Assembly: GCF_001194135.2 (NCBI RefSeq)
Contig: NC_068992.1
Location: 13,037,466 to 13,100,384 of the forward strand
Source: Octopus bimaculoides
Taxonomy: Eukaryota
Reading direction: 5' to 3'
DNA: 62,919 nt
How positions within the stretch are numbered: the stretch's first letter is position 1; the number at the start of each line of letters is the position of its first letter. The notes under the pieces were generated by a model. That model was given only the letters and a program-made list of their open reading frames with translations, did not search any database and was not told the origin of the DNA. Positions 13,201 through 25,639 of the stretch are shown one piece after another. The position numbers were made by a program, and so were the translations under genes.

Positions 13201-13769
13201 AATCTCAGTATGTTATTCGCTATGGAATCTGCGTTCAGAGTTTCTAGGTGTGATGACATGACTAAACCTTAGGCTTCCCTATAAGATATAACCATGTCAG
13301 AATACGAACATCGAGTGATATATAAAAATTATACAATATTATGAAAACACATCCCACTTCACTAGCAGAATTTTCAAAATTTGAAGGATAAGCATTGACT
13401 TTTATAGAGATTCATTAATGACGAGTAGTGATTATTTTTTAATTATTTTGCAAGTGTACTTCTCTTGTCATTAATCTAAGGTATTTCTGAAATACTAATA
13501 ACCGAAGCGTATGCTATTTTAACATGAGTGTTTATGGATCCTGTAGGAATCTGCAACACTTACTATGAAGTGACAGATATAGATATGGCACTCATGTATG
13601 TAAGTACATTTTCTTAATTATATATGAGGTAAAAATATTTACTAGGTGACAGATGATATATATCCTGTTTGAATATCATGGCAGTCATATATTGCAAAGG
13701 GGTGGTGATGAAATTACAGTTGATATATTTTACTCGAATGAGTCAATTTGATACATGTGGATTCGAAAA

Positions 13770-13920
13770 TGTTTAGCGCGTTTCGTCCAGGTTAGACTGT
13801 GGTAATCATTATCGCAGGTCGTGGGTTCGATTCCTGGACCGCAAAAGGTTATGTATCTATGAAGAAGGCACACTATTTCATATCACTTCGAACAACTCAA
13901 CTAAAAAACGAATACTAGAC
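13770..13920 (+). mobile_element. tRNA-derived SINE, family C, degraded
   Basis: B box GGTTCGATTCC followed by aaggcacactatttcat..caactcaact. Confidence 0.6.
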
Positions 13921-14094
13921 ATGTGCTGATAGCGCTTTCTATCCCTTCAGCTGCTGGGGTGAGCACGTGAGGGTCGAAAGGATGAGTGAACAATGATTAA
14001 CTGATATTTTCATACCTGGAGACTTAACGAGAACCCTCCCACGTTTTAGAGATAGTAGGGATGAATATTTCATCATCGAACCACATTGAAACGG

Positions 14095-14260
14095 GATGAG
14101 AGAGGAGAGAGAGAGAGAGCGAGAGAGAGAGAGAGAGATGGAGAGAGAGAGAGATAGAGAGAAGGAGAGAGAGAGAGTGAGAGAGAGAGATGGAGGGAGG
14201 GAGAACAGGAGAGAGAAGTAAATTGAGTGAGACAGAGACAGAGAGAGAGAGTTGGGTGGG
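14095..14260. repeat. Imperfect (GA)n purine tract
   Basis: Directly visible. Confidence 0.92.
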
Positions 14261-14430
14261 ATAAATTTGTGTAAACATCCCTTCAGTTAACTTATAAGCT
14301 CGAACAGAGTAAATTATGTGGCAGGACTGCCCGAATAAAGTTTAATGGACATTAACAAATTGAACTGTGTAGGCTGGATATTATTTTAAATGACGTATTT
14401 AAAGGGTCAACGGCTAGAAACCAGATTCTA

Positions 14431-15413
14431 TTGGGTTGGCAACTAAGTTCTCACAGTTTTTTAAATTTTGGAATTTATTGCGTTTTTAAATTTTGGAATC
14501 TATTTTTTTTCGAGAATTCTATTCTTAAATCATTTTGGAATCTATATTTTTCTAGTTAATCTTAGTTAATTTTTGTTTATTTCAGATCATTAAAATGGAA
14601 TGTCAAGTTAAGAAAAACGAGCATTTTCGACACCTCCTTCTTTTTGCTTTTAGTCAAGGTTCTAAGGCTGCAATAGCTGCTCGCGACATTTGTACTGTGT
14701 ATGGAGAGGTTGCCATAGTTGAAAGAACCGCTCGTGATTAGTGTACCAAGTTCAAAAATGGAAATTTTGACCTCAAAGACGCACCTCGTTCTGGCCGTCC
14801 AGTTGAGTTCGATGAAGAACGATTAAACCAACTTTTGCATGAAAATTCTCGTCAAACGACAAGGAAACTGGCAGAGAAAATGGAATGTTCCCACACTGCT
14901 ATAGAGAAGCATCTTCACTCGATGGCAAAGGTTCAGAAGTATGGAACATGGTTTCCGCATAACTTAAGTGACAACAAAAAACAACGAGCTACAATCTCCA
15001 CTGCTTTGCTTGCTCGTCACCGCTCGACTCATGGACACAAGAAACGATGTTTTTACCGAATCGTTACTGGCGACGAAAAAATGGTGCCTGTACATCAATA
15101 TGAAGCAGCGTAAGGAATGGCTTAGCCCCGGTAAACAAGCGACGTTGCGCGTGAAACAAGATCTTCATCCTCGTAAAACGATGTTGTGCGTATGGTGGGA
15201 CTGCGAAGAGATTATCCATTACGAATTGCTTGAACGGAGCCAAACGGTCAACGCGGAACTCTATGTTCATCAGATGGAACGACTCAACACGGCTATTCAA
15301 GAGAAAAAACATAATCGGCTGCACGGAGTTCTTCTGCAGCACGACAACGCCCGCCCTCATATCGCGAATATAACCAAGAAAGCCATTCAAACGCATGACT
15401 GGGAAGTGCTGAC
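14431..15413 (+). mobile_element. Mariner transposon (cecropia/Hsmar1-like), 5' TIR present, transposase pseudogene truncated at the 3' end
   Basis: TA dinucleotide then TIR TTGGGTTGGCAACTAAGT. ATG at 14595 gives MECQVKKNEHFRHLLLFAF..PRSGRP..WFPHNL..RIVTGDEK/WCLY..HPRKTMLCVWWD..LLQHDNARPH..WEVL, with a stop and frameshifts; the YSPDL region is missing. Confidence 0.95.
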
Positions 15414-15436
15414 ATGTCCTGATCATAATATTAATT

Positions 15437-16075
15437 AGGTGGTAAGCTGGCACAGTCGATAAGTCGCCGCAGAAAATTTTAGCAGCGTTTTATTCATCTT
15501 TTCGTTCTGCTTCAAATGCCACCAAGGTCGACTTTGCGTGTCATACATTCAGAGTCGATAAAATAAGTGCCATATGAGCATGGGGTTCGATGAAATTTCC
15601 TTAATCCCCTTTTCCAGAACTGCTGGCCTTGTGCCAAAATTTTGAAATCAATATTAATTAGCTGGCGAGCTGGAAGTATCGTTAGTACTCCGGCCAAAAT
15701 GCTTAGCAAGATTTCATCCGTTTTCAGTTTCTGAGTTCAAATACCGCCGAAGTTGGCTTTGCCTTTATCTTTTCGTAGTCGATAAAATGAGTACCAGTAG
15801 CGTACTCGGGTAAATACAATCAGCTTAGCCCTTCCCTGTAATTGCTGGCCTGGTGCCAAAATCTGAAATCAATATTATTCCGGTGAGAGCCAAAATGCTT
15901 AGCGGCATTTAATCTAACTTTCCGTTCTAACTTCAAATGTCTCCGATGTCGATCCTGCCTTTCATCCATTTGCAGGTGATTGAATGAATGTCCGTTCAAC
16001 ACTTGGGGCGATGTAATCGACCAAACTAATACTTATCCAACAATTAATTTCAAACCTTGTGCCTTTAGCAGAAAG
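15437..16075 (+). mobile_element. Three tandem copies of tRNA-derived SINE family A
   Basis: Repeated gctggca..gttagc..aaatgcttagc..gagttcaaat..gtcgactttgcctttcatc..gtcgataaaat.agt.cca motifs near 15437, 15658 and 15885. Confidence 0.85.
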
Positions 16076-16394
16076 CATGATGATACTCAATAGGTATCAG
16101 AACCGTTTAGCAATTAATCATGTAAAATACAGCTGTGTCACATACTTATTTAAAGCTAATTATGTATTACTATAATTAATTGCCATATTGTTTTTCTCAA
16201 GAGCTGGCATATTTGTATTTTGCTTATTTACAATTTAGTGGATTACATATTCCAAATGGAAGAGCTGTTCTCGAATGATTTTGCAGCTTCTCTCAACCAT
16301 TGAGACATGGTTTTCAGCTATATTTTGTTATATTTCGTTATTTCGAATTTTGGAGCTTAAGTGGTCTGATCAATAACTATCCGGAATGTTGCCA

Positions 16395-16655
16395 TAGTTA
16401 ACGAGCCTAACGCACGCAAGGTAGAGCCTCATGGCACACATTGACCATGAACGCGACTGTGCATTCACTCTAAGTTTTAGCGTTCTATAACAGTTTCGCT
16501 GCTTACAGCAGTGCTGTGCTTGAAAGGAAGGTGTGAAGCGTGTGATCCTCGCATTGACCATGACAGAAAAAGATGAGCAGGAAATCTGCATCAAATTTTG
16601 CCAAGTGCTTCGCCATACTTGCTCAGAGGCCTACGTAATCTTTTAAAAAAGTTTT
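16395..16655 (+). mobile_element. Mariner-like 5' fragment (transposase N-terminus)
   Basis: ATG at 16560 gives MTEKDEQEICIKFCQVLRHTCSEAY, fitting the EQR.CIKFC.KLG.T..E pattern. A related copy lies at 55518-55625. Confidence 0.75.
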
Positions 16656-17373
16656 CATCGTTATCGACACAATCAAGTACATTAAAAATGTACTTTAATC
16701 CCCTGAGATTGCAGATACTGTTTCTGAATCTCTTTGATTCTTTAAATGTGCTAGCTTCCTGGTAATTAATCGATATTAATTAATATATGATTTTTTGCTA
16801 TTTTTTTAATAATATATTAACCCTTACCGAGTTCTCATACTGGATATATGCGACGCAGTAAATATNNNNNNNNNNNNNNNNNNNNNNNNNNNNNNNNNNN
16901 NNNNNNNNNNNNNNNNNNNNNNNNNNNNNNNNNNNNNNNNNNNNNNNNNNNNNNNNNNNNNNNNNNNNNNNNNNNNNNNNNNNNNNNNNNNNNNNNNNNN
17001 NNNNNNNNNNNNNNNNNNNNNNNNNNNNNNNNNNNNNNNNNNNNNNNNNNNNNNNNNNNNNNNNNNNNNNNNNNNNNNNNNNNNNNNNNNNNNNNNNNNN
17101 NNNNNNNNNNNNNNNNNNNNNNNNNNNNNNNNNNNNNNNNNNNNNNNNNNNNNNNNNNNNNNNNNNNNNNNNNNNNNNNNNNNNNNNNNNNNNNNNNNNN
17201 NNNNNNNNNNNNNNNNNNNNNNNNNNNNNNNNNNNNNNNNNNNNNNNNNNNNNNNNNNNNNNNNNNNNNNNNNNNNNNNNNNNNNNNNNNNNNNNNNNNN
17301 NNNNNNNNNNNNNNNNNNNNNNNNNNNNNNNNNNNNNNNNNNNNNNNNNNNNNNNNNNNNNNNNNNNNNNNNN

Positions 17374-17405
<32 letters not shown>

Positions 17406-18233
17406 TACATACTTATACAAATACATTTGCATACACACGTGTCTTTGTGTGTGTTGTGTTTCCAAGGCGTCACATAAAATTTTTCAAAAACATTAAAGGA
17501 AAGAACATTTTGCTCCAGTTAAAATACAAACTTACAGCATAATTTGTTGGGTTTCTCTTTACTTCTATATTGGAAGCCATTTCAAAATCAAACATTATAT
17601 TAAATTAAATCAACACGTAACATTCGGAAGAATATGAAGACATGAAAATAGTATATTTTTAGACAAGGTTTCACCACCGATAAATATAAAATATTACGTG
17701 AACGTATACGATTATAACCTGAGGAATATATATATATAATGTAATAGTTTCTCGGTAAATGGCTTTCGTTAACGTATTCAGCATTAAAATTGAAGATGTA
17801 TGAAAACTGTATTTTTTGCAGTTAAACCAAAATATCAAGTCATGTGCCACAGCAGTTTTTCCAATTACATATGTGATTGTTTCTCTAAGTAAAATATCAT
17901 ATGCTTATTTATAGATAAAGAATAATACATGTTGCTCAACGTTCTAGTTAGGTGCGGATCAAATTAAATCACAGACTAGGCGACAGAGAGTTACATATAT
18001 TGGTAGATAACTAACGTTGTAAATCAAGGTGAAACAAACTACCTAGATCTGCATTCATAGGAATTAAGCTGCATATTTGTTAGCTTATACATCAATCCTC
18101 TACTTGGTTGATCACATTTTCATTCAGTACATCTTTAAACTGAAGCACAGATTCACCGCGCGCGCGAACACACGCACTCTCACACACACAAACACTCACA
18201 CACGCACGCACGCACGCACATATATATTTGTGA

Positions 18234-18276
<43 letters not shown>

Positions 18277-18307
18277 CACATAGATACGTGTGTGTCTGTG
18301 TTTATAC

Positions 18308-18410
18308 ATCAGTGGTGCGTGACTTAGTGTGTTGCATTCGTGATCGGAAGGTTGTCGTTTCGATTCCTAGAACACTTCATTTCACGTTGCTCCAGTTGAA
18401 CAGAAGTGGC
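18308..18410 (+). mobile_element. tRNA-derived SINE, family C, internally deleted
   Basis: gacttagtg..tttcgattcc..cacttcatttcacgttgctccagt. Confidence 0.65.
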
Positions 18411-18784
18411 GAATATGCAAAAAGCACGTGTATNNNNNNNNNNNNNNNNNNNNNNNNNNNNNNNNNNNNNNNNNNNNNNNNNNNNNNNNNNNNNNNNNNN
18501 NNNNNNNNNNNNNNNNNNNNNNNNNNNNNNNNNNNNNNNNNNNNNNNNNNNNNNNNNNNNNNNNNNNNNNNNNNNNNNNNNNNNNNNNNNNNNNNNNNNN
18601 TATATATATGTGTGTGTGTGTATGTATATACATATATAGACTGTGTGCAAAAAAGATAGGTCGGAAATTCACAACTGACTTGAAGGAGAGAGGCACGGAG
18701 TATGTTCCCATCTGCTGGAAGCATAGATGTCAATGAAGATACGTTTCTTCACCGGAAATATTCCGGAGAGAAACCGGGTAATTA

Positions 18785-18970
18785 CTCAATACTGGAGCTA
18801 AGATTTAAAAAATGACCTTTACGATCTGAGATCAAATTCCGCGTGGTTGACTTTGCATTTCATCCTTTCGGGGTCGCTAAATTAAGTACCAGTTGCGTAC
18901 TGGGGTCGAGCTAATCGACTAGCCTCTTCCCCCAAAATTTCTGGTCTTGTCCCCAAAGTAGAAAAGAATA
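18785..18970 (+). mobile_element. SINE family A
   Basis: gactttgcatttcatcctttcggggtcgctaaattaagtaccagttgcgtactggggtcga. Confidence 0.88.
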
Positions 18971-19040
18971 TTAACAAAATGATTAAATAACAAAAATAAA
19001 GCAACGTGTTACCATTTCTCTCTCTTTCTCTCTCTTTCTT

Positions 19041-19076
<36 letters not shown>

Positions 19077-19513
19077 TCTTTCTACCCATTGAATCTAATT
19101 ATATCTTTACTGGATTTGTGCTATTGGTTTCTTTGAAATAATTACAATATTATCGGTTATATGTCTGATTATATTATAAACGTGTTTTTGTCGCTGTAAA
19201 CGTAGACAATATTACACCCGTAATTAATTGATAAATTGTAATTTTGTTTTTAATATCATATAAATTGGAAATTCGATTTAATTTTATTTATCTTAATAAA
19301 TACATATAGTTTGAAACTTGTACGATTAAATGTATATTTGAATTCATTCGGCGTGAAATTTGAAAGAACGTACTTTATGCTTACTGTACTGTGTCGAATT
19401 ATTAATATTAACCAGTGACAAAGGTACATTCCAAATATTACTTAAAATATAACGGGTAACCTAATATAAAATCATATATACATGCATACATACATACGTA
19501 TATGTATATATAC

Positions 19514-19548
<35 letters not shown>

Positions 19549-19679
19549 CATTATATAATGTTCAGTGATAGAAAGATCTGCAAAAAATATACAGCATCTG
19601 ATGAAAGTTAATATTAATTGAAGCACACAATACATGTTTTGAAGTGCTATTAGTAGTTTCATTGACACGCATAATATGT

Positions 19680-19719
19680 ACGTATGTAGATATGTATGTA
19701 TGTATATATGTATGTATGT

Positions 19720-19766
<47 letters not shown>

Positions 19767-19790
19767 CATACTTAGATAGATAGATATACA
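19680..19790. repeat. (TATG)/(GATA)n microsatellite
   Basis: Directly visible. Confidence 0.95.
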
Positions 19791-20174
19791 TGCAACCATA
19801 ATGTTATACTTACACGTTCATTTTTTGAGGGAGAGATATACAGTGAGAATTATAATTATATTGAAAACTTTTGGTATATTTTACTGCACTAAATATAACA
19901 AAAGATGCACATGCAATTATTCCTGCATGTTCAATGTACTGATGAAGTCAAAATATAATTAAACAGTCAGCTAAATTCGATGGTGGACTAATAGCAACAA
20001 TTAAATGTATGCATGTGACTACGTGTGTGTTTGTCCTTGTGTATGCATGTGATTGCGCGCGTTTGTGTGAGTGAGTGTGTCTGTGTCCGTGGGTGTCAAA
20101 GTGTATGAAAGTGTGTGTACGCGTACGTCTTTACTCAATCTCTAAATCAATCCATATAGTCCTTTCTATTATAG

Positions 20175-20370
20175 ACACAAAACCTAAAATTTGGTGGGGG
20201 CAGTCGATTAGATCAACTCCAGTACACAATTGGTAGTTAATTTATCAACCCCGAAATGATGAAAAGCAAAGTGGACCTCGGCGGAATATGAACTCAGAAC
20301 GAAGCAACGGGCGACGTACGTTCAGCATTTCGTCCGGTGTACTAACTATTCTGCCACGTCGCCGCCTCAA
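20175..20370 (-). mobile_element. SINE family A
   Basis: Reverse complement of the family core: atttatcaaccccgaaatgatgaaaagcaaagtggacctcggcggaat. Confidence 0.88.
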
Positions 20371-20504
20371 TATCAATTTGCATAATGGATAACACATACA
20401 TTTGAAATTGGTTTAAGTGCGATACAGAAAATTTTCAGGCCATGATTCGATTGTAACTGCTGTCGATTAAAAATTATAACACCCACATACACACATGCAC
20501 ACAT

Positions 20505-20690
20505 ACAAAGACACATTCAAACACACACACAAAGATATACACACACACAAAGATATACACACACACAGAGATATACACACACACAAAGATATACACACAC
20601 ACACAAAGATATACACACTCACAAAGATATACATACACACACACACACACAAACAAGCACACACGCACACACACACACACACACACACAC
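20505..20690. repeat. ~18-bp minisatellite (CA)nAAGATATA merging into (CA)n
   Basis: About six units of cacacacaaagatata. Confidence 0.9.
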
Positions 20691-20704
20691 TGTATGTATT
20701 ATGT

Positions 20705-20935
20705 ATGAAGGTCGGTATGTGGCAAGAAACTCGCTTCCCAACCACATGGTTTCGGGTTCAGTCCCACTTCGTGTCACCTTGAGCAAGTGTCTTCTACAAC
20801 ATCTTCGGGTCGACCAAAGCCTTGTGAGTGGATTTGGTAGACGGAAACTGAAAGAAACCCGACGTATATATCAATATGCGTGTGCGTGCGTCTGGGTTTC
20901 TCCCCCACCACCATCGCAAATGGACGCGTAACGTT
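20705..20935 (+). mobile_element. tRNA-derived SINE, family B
   Basis: gtggcaagaaactcgcttcccaaccacatggtttcgggttcagtccca..ccttgagcaagtgtcttcta..gaccaaagccttgtgagtggatttggtagacgg; shared with 53310-53415. Confidence 0.88.
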
Positions 20936-21339
20936 CGATAATATAATAATACAAATTATATATGAGCATATGCATGTATACATACATATATGTACATACC
21001 TACATTAACATGTATATATAGATGCATATCCGAGTACAAGACGTCAAAAAACGTGGACAAAATGGAACGGGAATATAAACAAAGCACAAAAAACGTACTT
21101 TTGTTACGGACAACAGAATGAACACGTAGGAAAACAAACAAGCCACTTATGAAACTTTCCCTTCACCAGCTGCCCTCTATTCTAAACTAGGCGTTTCGAA
21201 GATGAGGCAGACGCGCTCTTACAATAGCTCTTCCGGCGAAGTGGATTAACCTGCTAAGCGGAGGATTCCTAAGTAGGAGACAAAAACCAAGACAGGAAAA
21301 ATTAAACAGTGAAAACAACGTTAAAGGCCGTTAAGCCGA

Positions 21340-21690
21340 ATTTGAGGAGATACTGAACGCTGTAATGTGACGAACTTGAGCGGAGAGAGATAGTAGTTCC
21401 TCTTGCCTTTATGCTGCCCTTCGGCCAGGGTATGGCAGTATTCACCAAATTAAACAGGGAAACCTCCCAGGTGAGTTGCAGTTTATTCCGAAGTCGTCTG
21501 GAGGCTGTTGTTGTAGCAAATGGCAAATTTATTGAATAAATTTATTCTTTAGTATCAATCCTAACTGTAAACGCTAACCCTAACCTTAACCCTATTCCTA
21601 ACCCTAACATTAACCCTCACCCTAAACCCTAACCCTAACCCTAACTCTAACCAGTAGGTGTGCGTATTCTTTACCTTTGCCGTGTATGTT
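21340..21690 (+). mobile_element. Internally deleted Tc1-like transposon remnant
   Basis: 21432-21539 encodes MAVFTKLNRETSQVSCSLFRSRLEAVVVANGKFIE*, resembling the Tc1 C-terminal RxRLEAVVxAxG. Confidence 0.6.
21558..21652. repeat. Degenerate (CCCTAA)n interstitial telomere-like array
   Basis: About 15 hexamer variants; three perfect units at 21627-21644. Confidence 0.85.
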
Positions 21691-21818
21691 ATCACTTCAC
21701 TGATATGTCTTGTCATCCATACTCTCATAACTTATTTATGGTATATAGTGTTTCTTATTCATTCACTGATATTCAGTCTACTGCTACGGAGTATTAAACA
21801 GACACAAGACAACTGTTA

Positions 21819-21824
<6 letters not shown>

Positions 21825-21905
<81 letters not shown>
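21825..21905. repeat. (GA)n microsatellite
   Basis: Directly visible. Confidence 0.97.
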
Positions 21906-21908
<3 letters not shown>

Positions 21909-21994
21909 AAGGCGAAGATCATCTAGTCTCGCTCAGAAAGAAGTAGACGCAAGATTAAAAAGTAGAAGATTAAAAAATATATTATTAAATCAAT

Positions 21995-22345
21995 CACAAG
22001 AAATGAGACAAGAGGGAAGAACAGAAGATGCAAGACGACCGGCTCGAAGACGTCAAAATGAAAAGAAGAACCTCATTGCACAAACGATGTATATCCACTG
22101 ACAGAGAGCAGCACAAATGCGCCAAGATGAAACGGAATGGCAAGCAGAAAGAGAGAAGAGAAAATCTTAGAACAAGAGCATCACAATGGCGCCAAAATGC
22201 AAAGGAATAGCAAACAGCAGGGAGGAGAGACATGGAAAGAGCTAGAATATCGCAAAGGCCCCAAGGTGAAACGGAAGAGCAGGCAGCACAGAGGAGAGAA
22301 GGTCTAAGAGAGTCACAGAGACTTAGACTAGAGTATGAAACGGAA
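21995..22345 (+). pseudogene. Disrupted coding relic with 23-aa (69-nt) STPR-like repeats, possibly a Helitron N-terminus
   Basis: Repeat starts at 22060, 22129, 22199, 22268 and 22337; best unit ETEEQAAQRREGLRESQRLRLEY. Stops and a frameshift are present. Confidence 0.6.
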
Positions 22346-22414
22346 CAAATAATTTTTATTTTCCGTATAATTTTCACGGCGTCATTTCTGACGCACGGGC
22401 AGCCTAAAATATAC

Positions 22415-22448
<34 letters not shown>

Positions 22449-22802
22449 CTGTATATATGTATGTATTTGTATTTGTGTGTATATNNNNNNNNNNNNNNNN
22501 NNNNNNNNNNNNNNNNNNNNNNNNNNNNNNNNNNNNNNNNNNNNNNNNNNNNNNNNNNNNNNNNNNNNNNNNNNNNNNNNNNNNNNNNNNNNNNNNNNNN
22601 NNNNNNNNNNNNNNNNNNNNNNNNNNNNNNNNNNNNNNNNNNNNNNNNNNNNNNNNNNNNNNNNNNNNNNNNNNNNNNNNNNNNNNNNNNNNNNNNNNNN
22701 NNNNNNNNNNNNNNNNNNNNNNNNNNNNNNNNNNNNNNNNNNNNNNNNNNNNNNNNNNNNNNNNNNNNNNNNNNNNNNNNNNNNNNNNNNNNNNNNNNNN
22801 NN

Positions 22803-22837
<35 letters not shown>

Positions 22838-23599
22838 AACACAGTATCACAGTTACACACACAGACCTGTTCTCAAATATATATGAAGTTTATTTTTTTT
22901 GTGAATTGCCTTTAGTGCTAAACTTCTGTAATAGTGCATTACGACGTGTATTTCATAAATGCGCCTAGAAAAGTTTAAAGACCAACAATGTTTGCTTGAT
23001 AGTTCTAGTGAATGCATTTATCTCTGTCACTACCCTTTTATACACAGCGTTATACAGGATATGCCCCTGTAATGAGTAGACGAAATTATAGTAGGGTTAA
23101 ATGACTGATAAATGGTTTAATTATATTCATTTCTGCGTTCCTTATTTTTGTCAATTTCATTGAGTGTACTCTATAACGTTGTGAGATTATAGTTATAACG
23201 AAGCTGATTTCATCTATCTGCCTTAATTTGTAAGCTTTCTGTGAACGACTGAAATTGATAAGTCGTTATCAGTTTCGTTAACGATGTTGTGGTTAATGAT
23301 GTTGTTAATGATGTTGTTTCTTTTGAATTTTGTCAAATGCTATTGAAACCACTGGAACAAGACCAGCTGTTTATTTACAGCGCATTGTTTCTCTGGAACA
23401 ACTCAGCAAATTACTAGTTTCTTATATACTACCAGATATTGTAGATTGCAATATTTGTTAGGTTTTTGTAGGAGATTAAACGACGGCGTTGCAACTCTGT
23501 CATTTGTATGAAACTTCAGAATAATATTATACGATGCTAACTAGTCTGGAAAAATGGTACAGAGAATACTGCATTAAGTTCCAGGTTAATATTTTCTGT

Positions 23600-23935
23600 T
23601 ATGCTGCGGGGGTCGATAAATTAAGCACCAGTTGCGCACAGGGGTCGATCTAATCAACTGGCAACCTCCTCACAAATTTCGGGCCTTGTGCCTAGAGAAG
23701 AAAATATTTCCTGTTATTCTAAGATAATAAGCTGGCTGAACTGTTAGCACACCGGGCAAAACGCTTAATGACATTTCATCTGTCGTGACGTTCTGAGTTC
23801 AAATCCCTCGGAGGTCAACTCTGCCATTCTTTCGGATGGATAAAATAAGTACCAGTTGAATACTGGTTCGATGTAATCGACTTAAACCATCCCTGCGATT
23901 TCTGTCCAAGATATGATACCAAAATTTTCTATTAT
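23600..23935 (+). mobile_element. Two adjacent SINE family A copies
   Basis: ggggtcgataaattaagcaccagtt near 23610, and a second copy gctggctgaactgttagcacaccgggcaaaacgctta..gaggtcaact from about 23730. Confidence 0.85.
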
Positions 23936-23937
23936 AT

Positions 23938-24395
23938 TCTTTTGTACTCAAAGCCCGAAATTTTGGAGGAGGGGGCCAGTCGATTAGATCGAACCCAGTA
24001 AGCAATTTGTACTTAATTTATCGACCCCGAAAGGATGAAAGGCAAAGTCGAGGGGAATTTTAACTCAAAACGTAAAGACAAACGAAATACCGTTAAACAT
24101 TTCGCCCGGCGTGCTAACGTTTCTTACTTCTTTATTGCCCACAGGGGGCTAAACATTGAGGGGACAAACAAGGACAGACAAAGAGATTAGGTCGATTACG
24201 TCGGTTACATCGAACCCAGTGCGTAACTGGTACTTAATTTATCGACCCCGAAATGATGAAAGGCAAAGTCGACCTCGGCGGAATTTGAACACAGATCGTA
24301 GACAGACGAAATACCACTAAGCATTTCGCCCGGCGTGCTACCGATTCTGCCAGCTCACCCCCTTAATATTTTCTATTATTTGCCCTCGCCTTAAT
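23938..24395 (-). mobile_element. Two nested or tandem SINE family A copies flanked by a 14-bp direct repeat
   Basis: The core atttatcgaccccgaaa.gatgaaaggcaaagtcga occurs twice. ATTTTCTATTATAT lies at 23924-23937 and 24396-24409. Confidence 0.9.
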
Positions 24396-24912
24396 ATTTT
24401 CTATTATATCTTCTATTGCATGCTATGTCATAGTTTCTCTTAATATCAGTGGCGGTGAAAATCCGTGTCATTTGCCGTAGTCCATGTATTATCTTTGAAA
24501 GCAATGTAACCCAGTTTAACAATGATCCAAACGTACAATTTATGGTCACAGTGGCAGTTATAAAATGTCTTAACGCGTTTCAGTCTAAGTATCTGAACAT
24601 TCGCGCAGTACTTTTCGTTTATATATGAGAGCTTCTGATATCTCAACGTTCACAGACCACAAAGTGTGAAGAAAGGTGTTAAGACAGAATATATATATAA
24701 TTCTTAATATACATGCAGACATAAACACCCATTTACGGATACACACAAGCACATACACACTTACACAAAAACACGAACCCTCACATATTTATGTGTATGG
24801 GTGTGTGTGTGTGCGTGTGCGTGTGTGAAACCGACAGAGAGAGAGAGAGAGAGAAATCATAAAATACATAAATATATATACGGATCTATGTTTGCGTACA
24901 TATATAGGCATA

Positions 24913-24958
<46 letters not shown>

Positions 24959-25582
24959 ACATACGTGGCATATAAATTGTGCATATGCATAGCTATCTCT
25001 ATCCTTCTTTATCGTTCTATCTATCTGTGTGTGAGTTGGTGTATACATACATTCTGACACGTGTGTGTGTGTGTATCTAATTAACCATACATACAAGCAT
25101 GCCTACACATACAATTAAAATGGTTCCTGCATTAACATATGAACGGCTCTATAAGACAAAGTTTGGTTGGAAACATTAACTCTATATAAAGTTTTGCTCA
25201 TTAGTTCTTCCGATATTATGGCCGTTGGCGAAATACTGATTTTATCGATAGAGTTTCGAAAATACAGTTTATTTCCAAAAGTGCCATTCTGAATGTTCCA
25301 GTTTGTGATATTATTGTTAGCGAATCTAAGACATTTAAATAACGATAGAAATTATATCTATCAAAGTGATTAGTAGAAAATTGAATTATTGCTTTAAGAT
25401 TGGTAACTGTCCACAAGCTATTGACTTTCTCTTAGATTGTATCATGAAAATAGATATTCGCAAAGTTACATGACAGTTAATTCGACAACAACTACAAAAG
25501 CAACAACACGCATCCATTAAAATATCCATATACATACATACATGTACATATATACACACACACATATATATGTATGCGTATG

Positions 25583-25639
<57 letters not shown>

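Noticed and set aside
21140-21245. Minus-strand CTTCGAAACG and CTGGTGAAGG, hammerhead-like pieces
   Set aside because: I could not build consistent stems or an NUH site in either permutation. The family consensus might still be worth testing.
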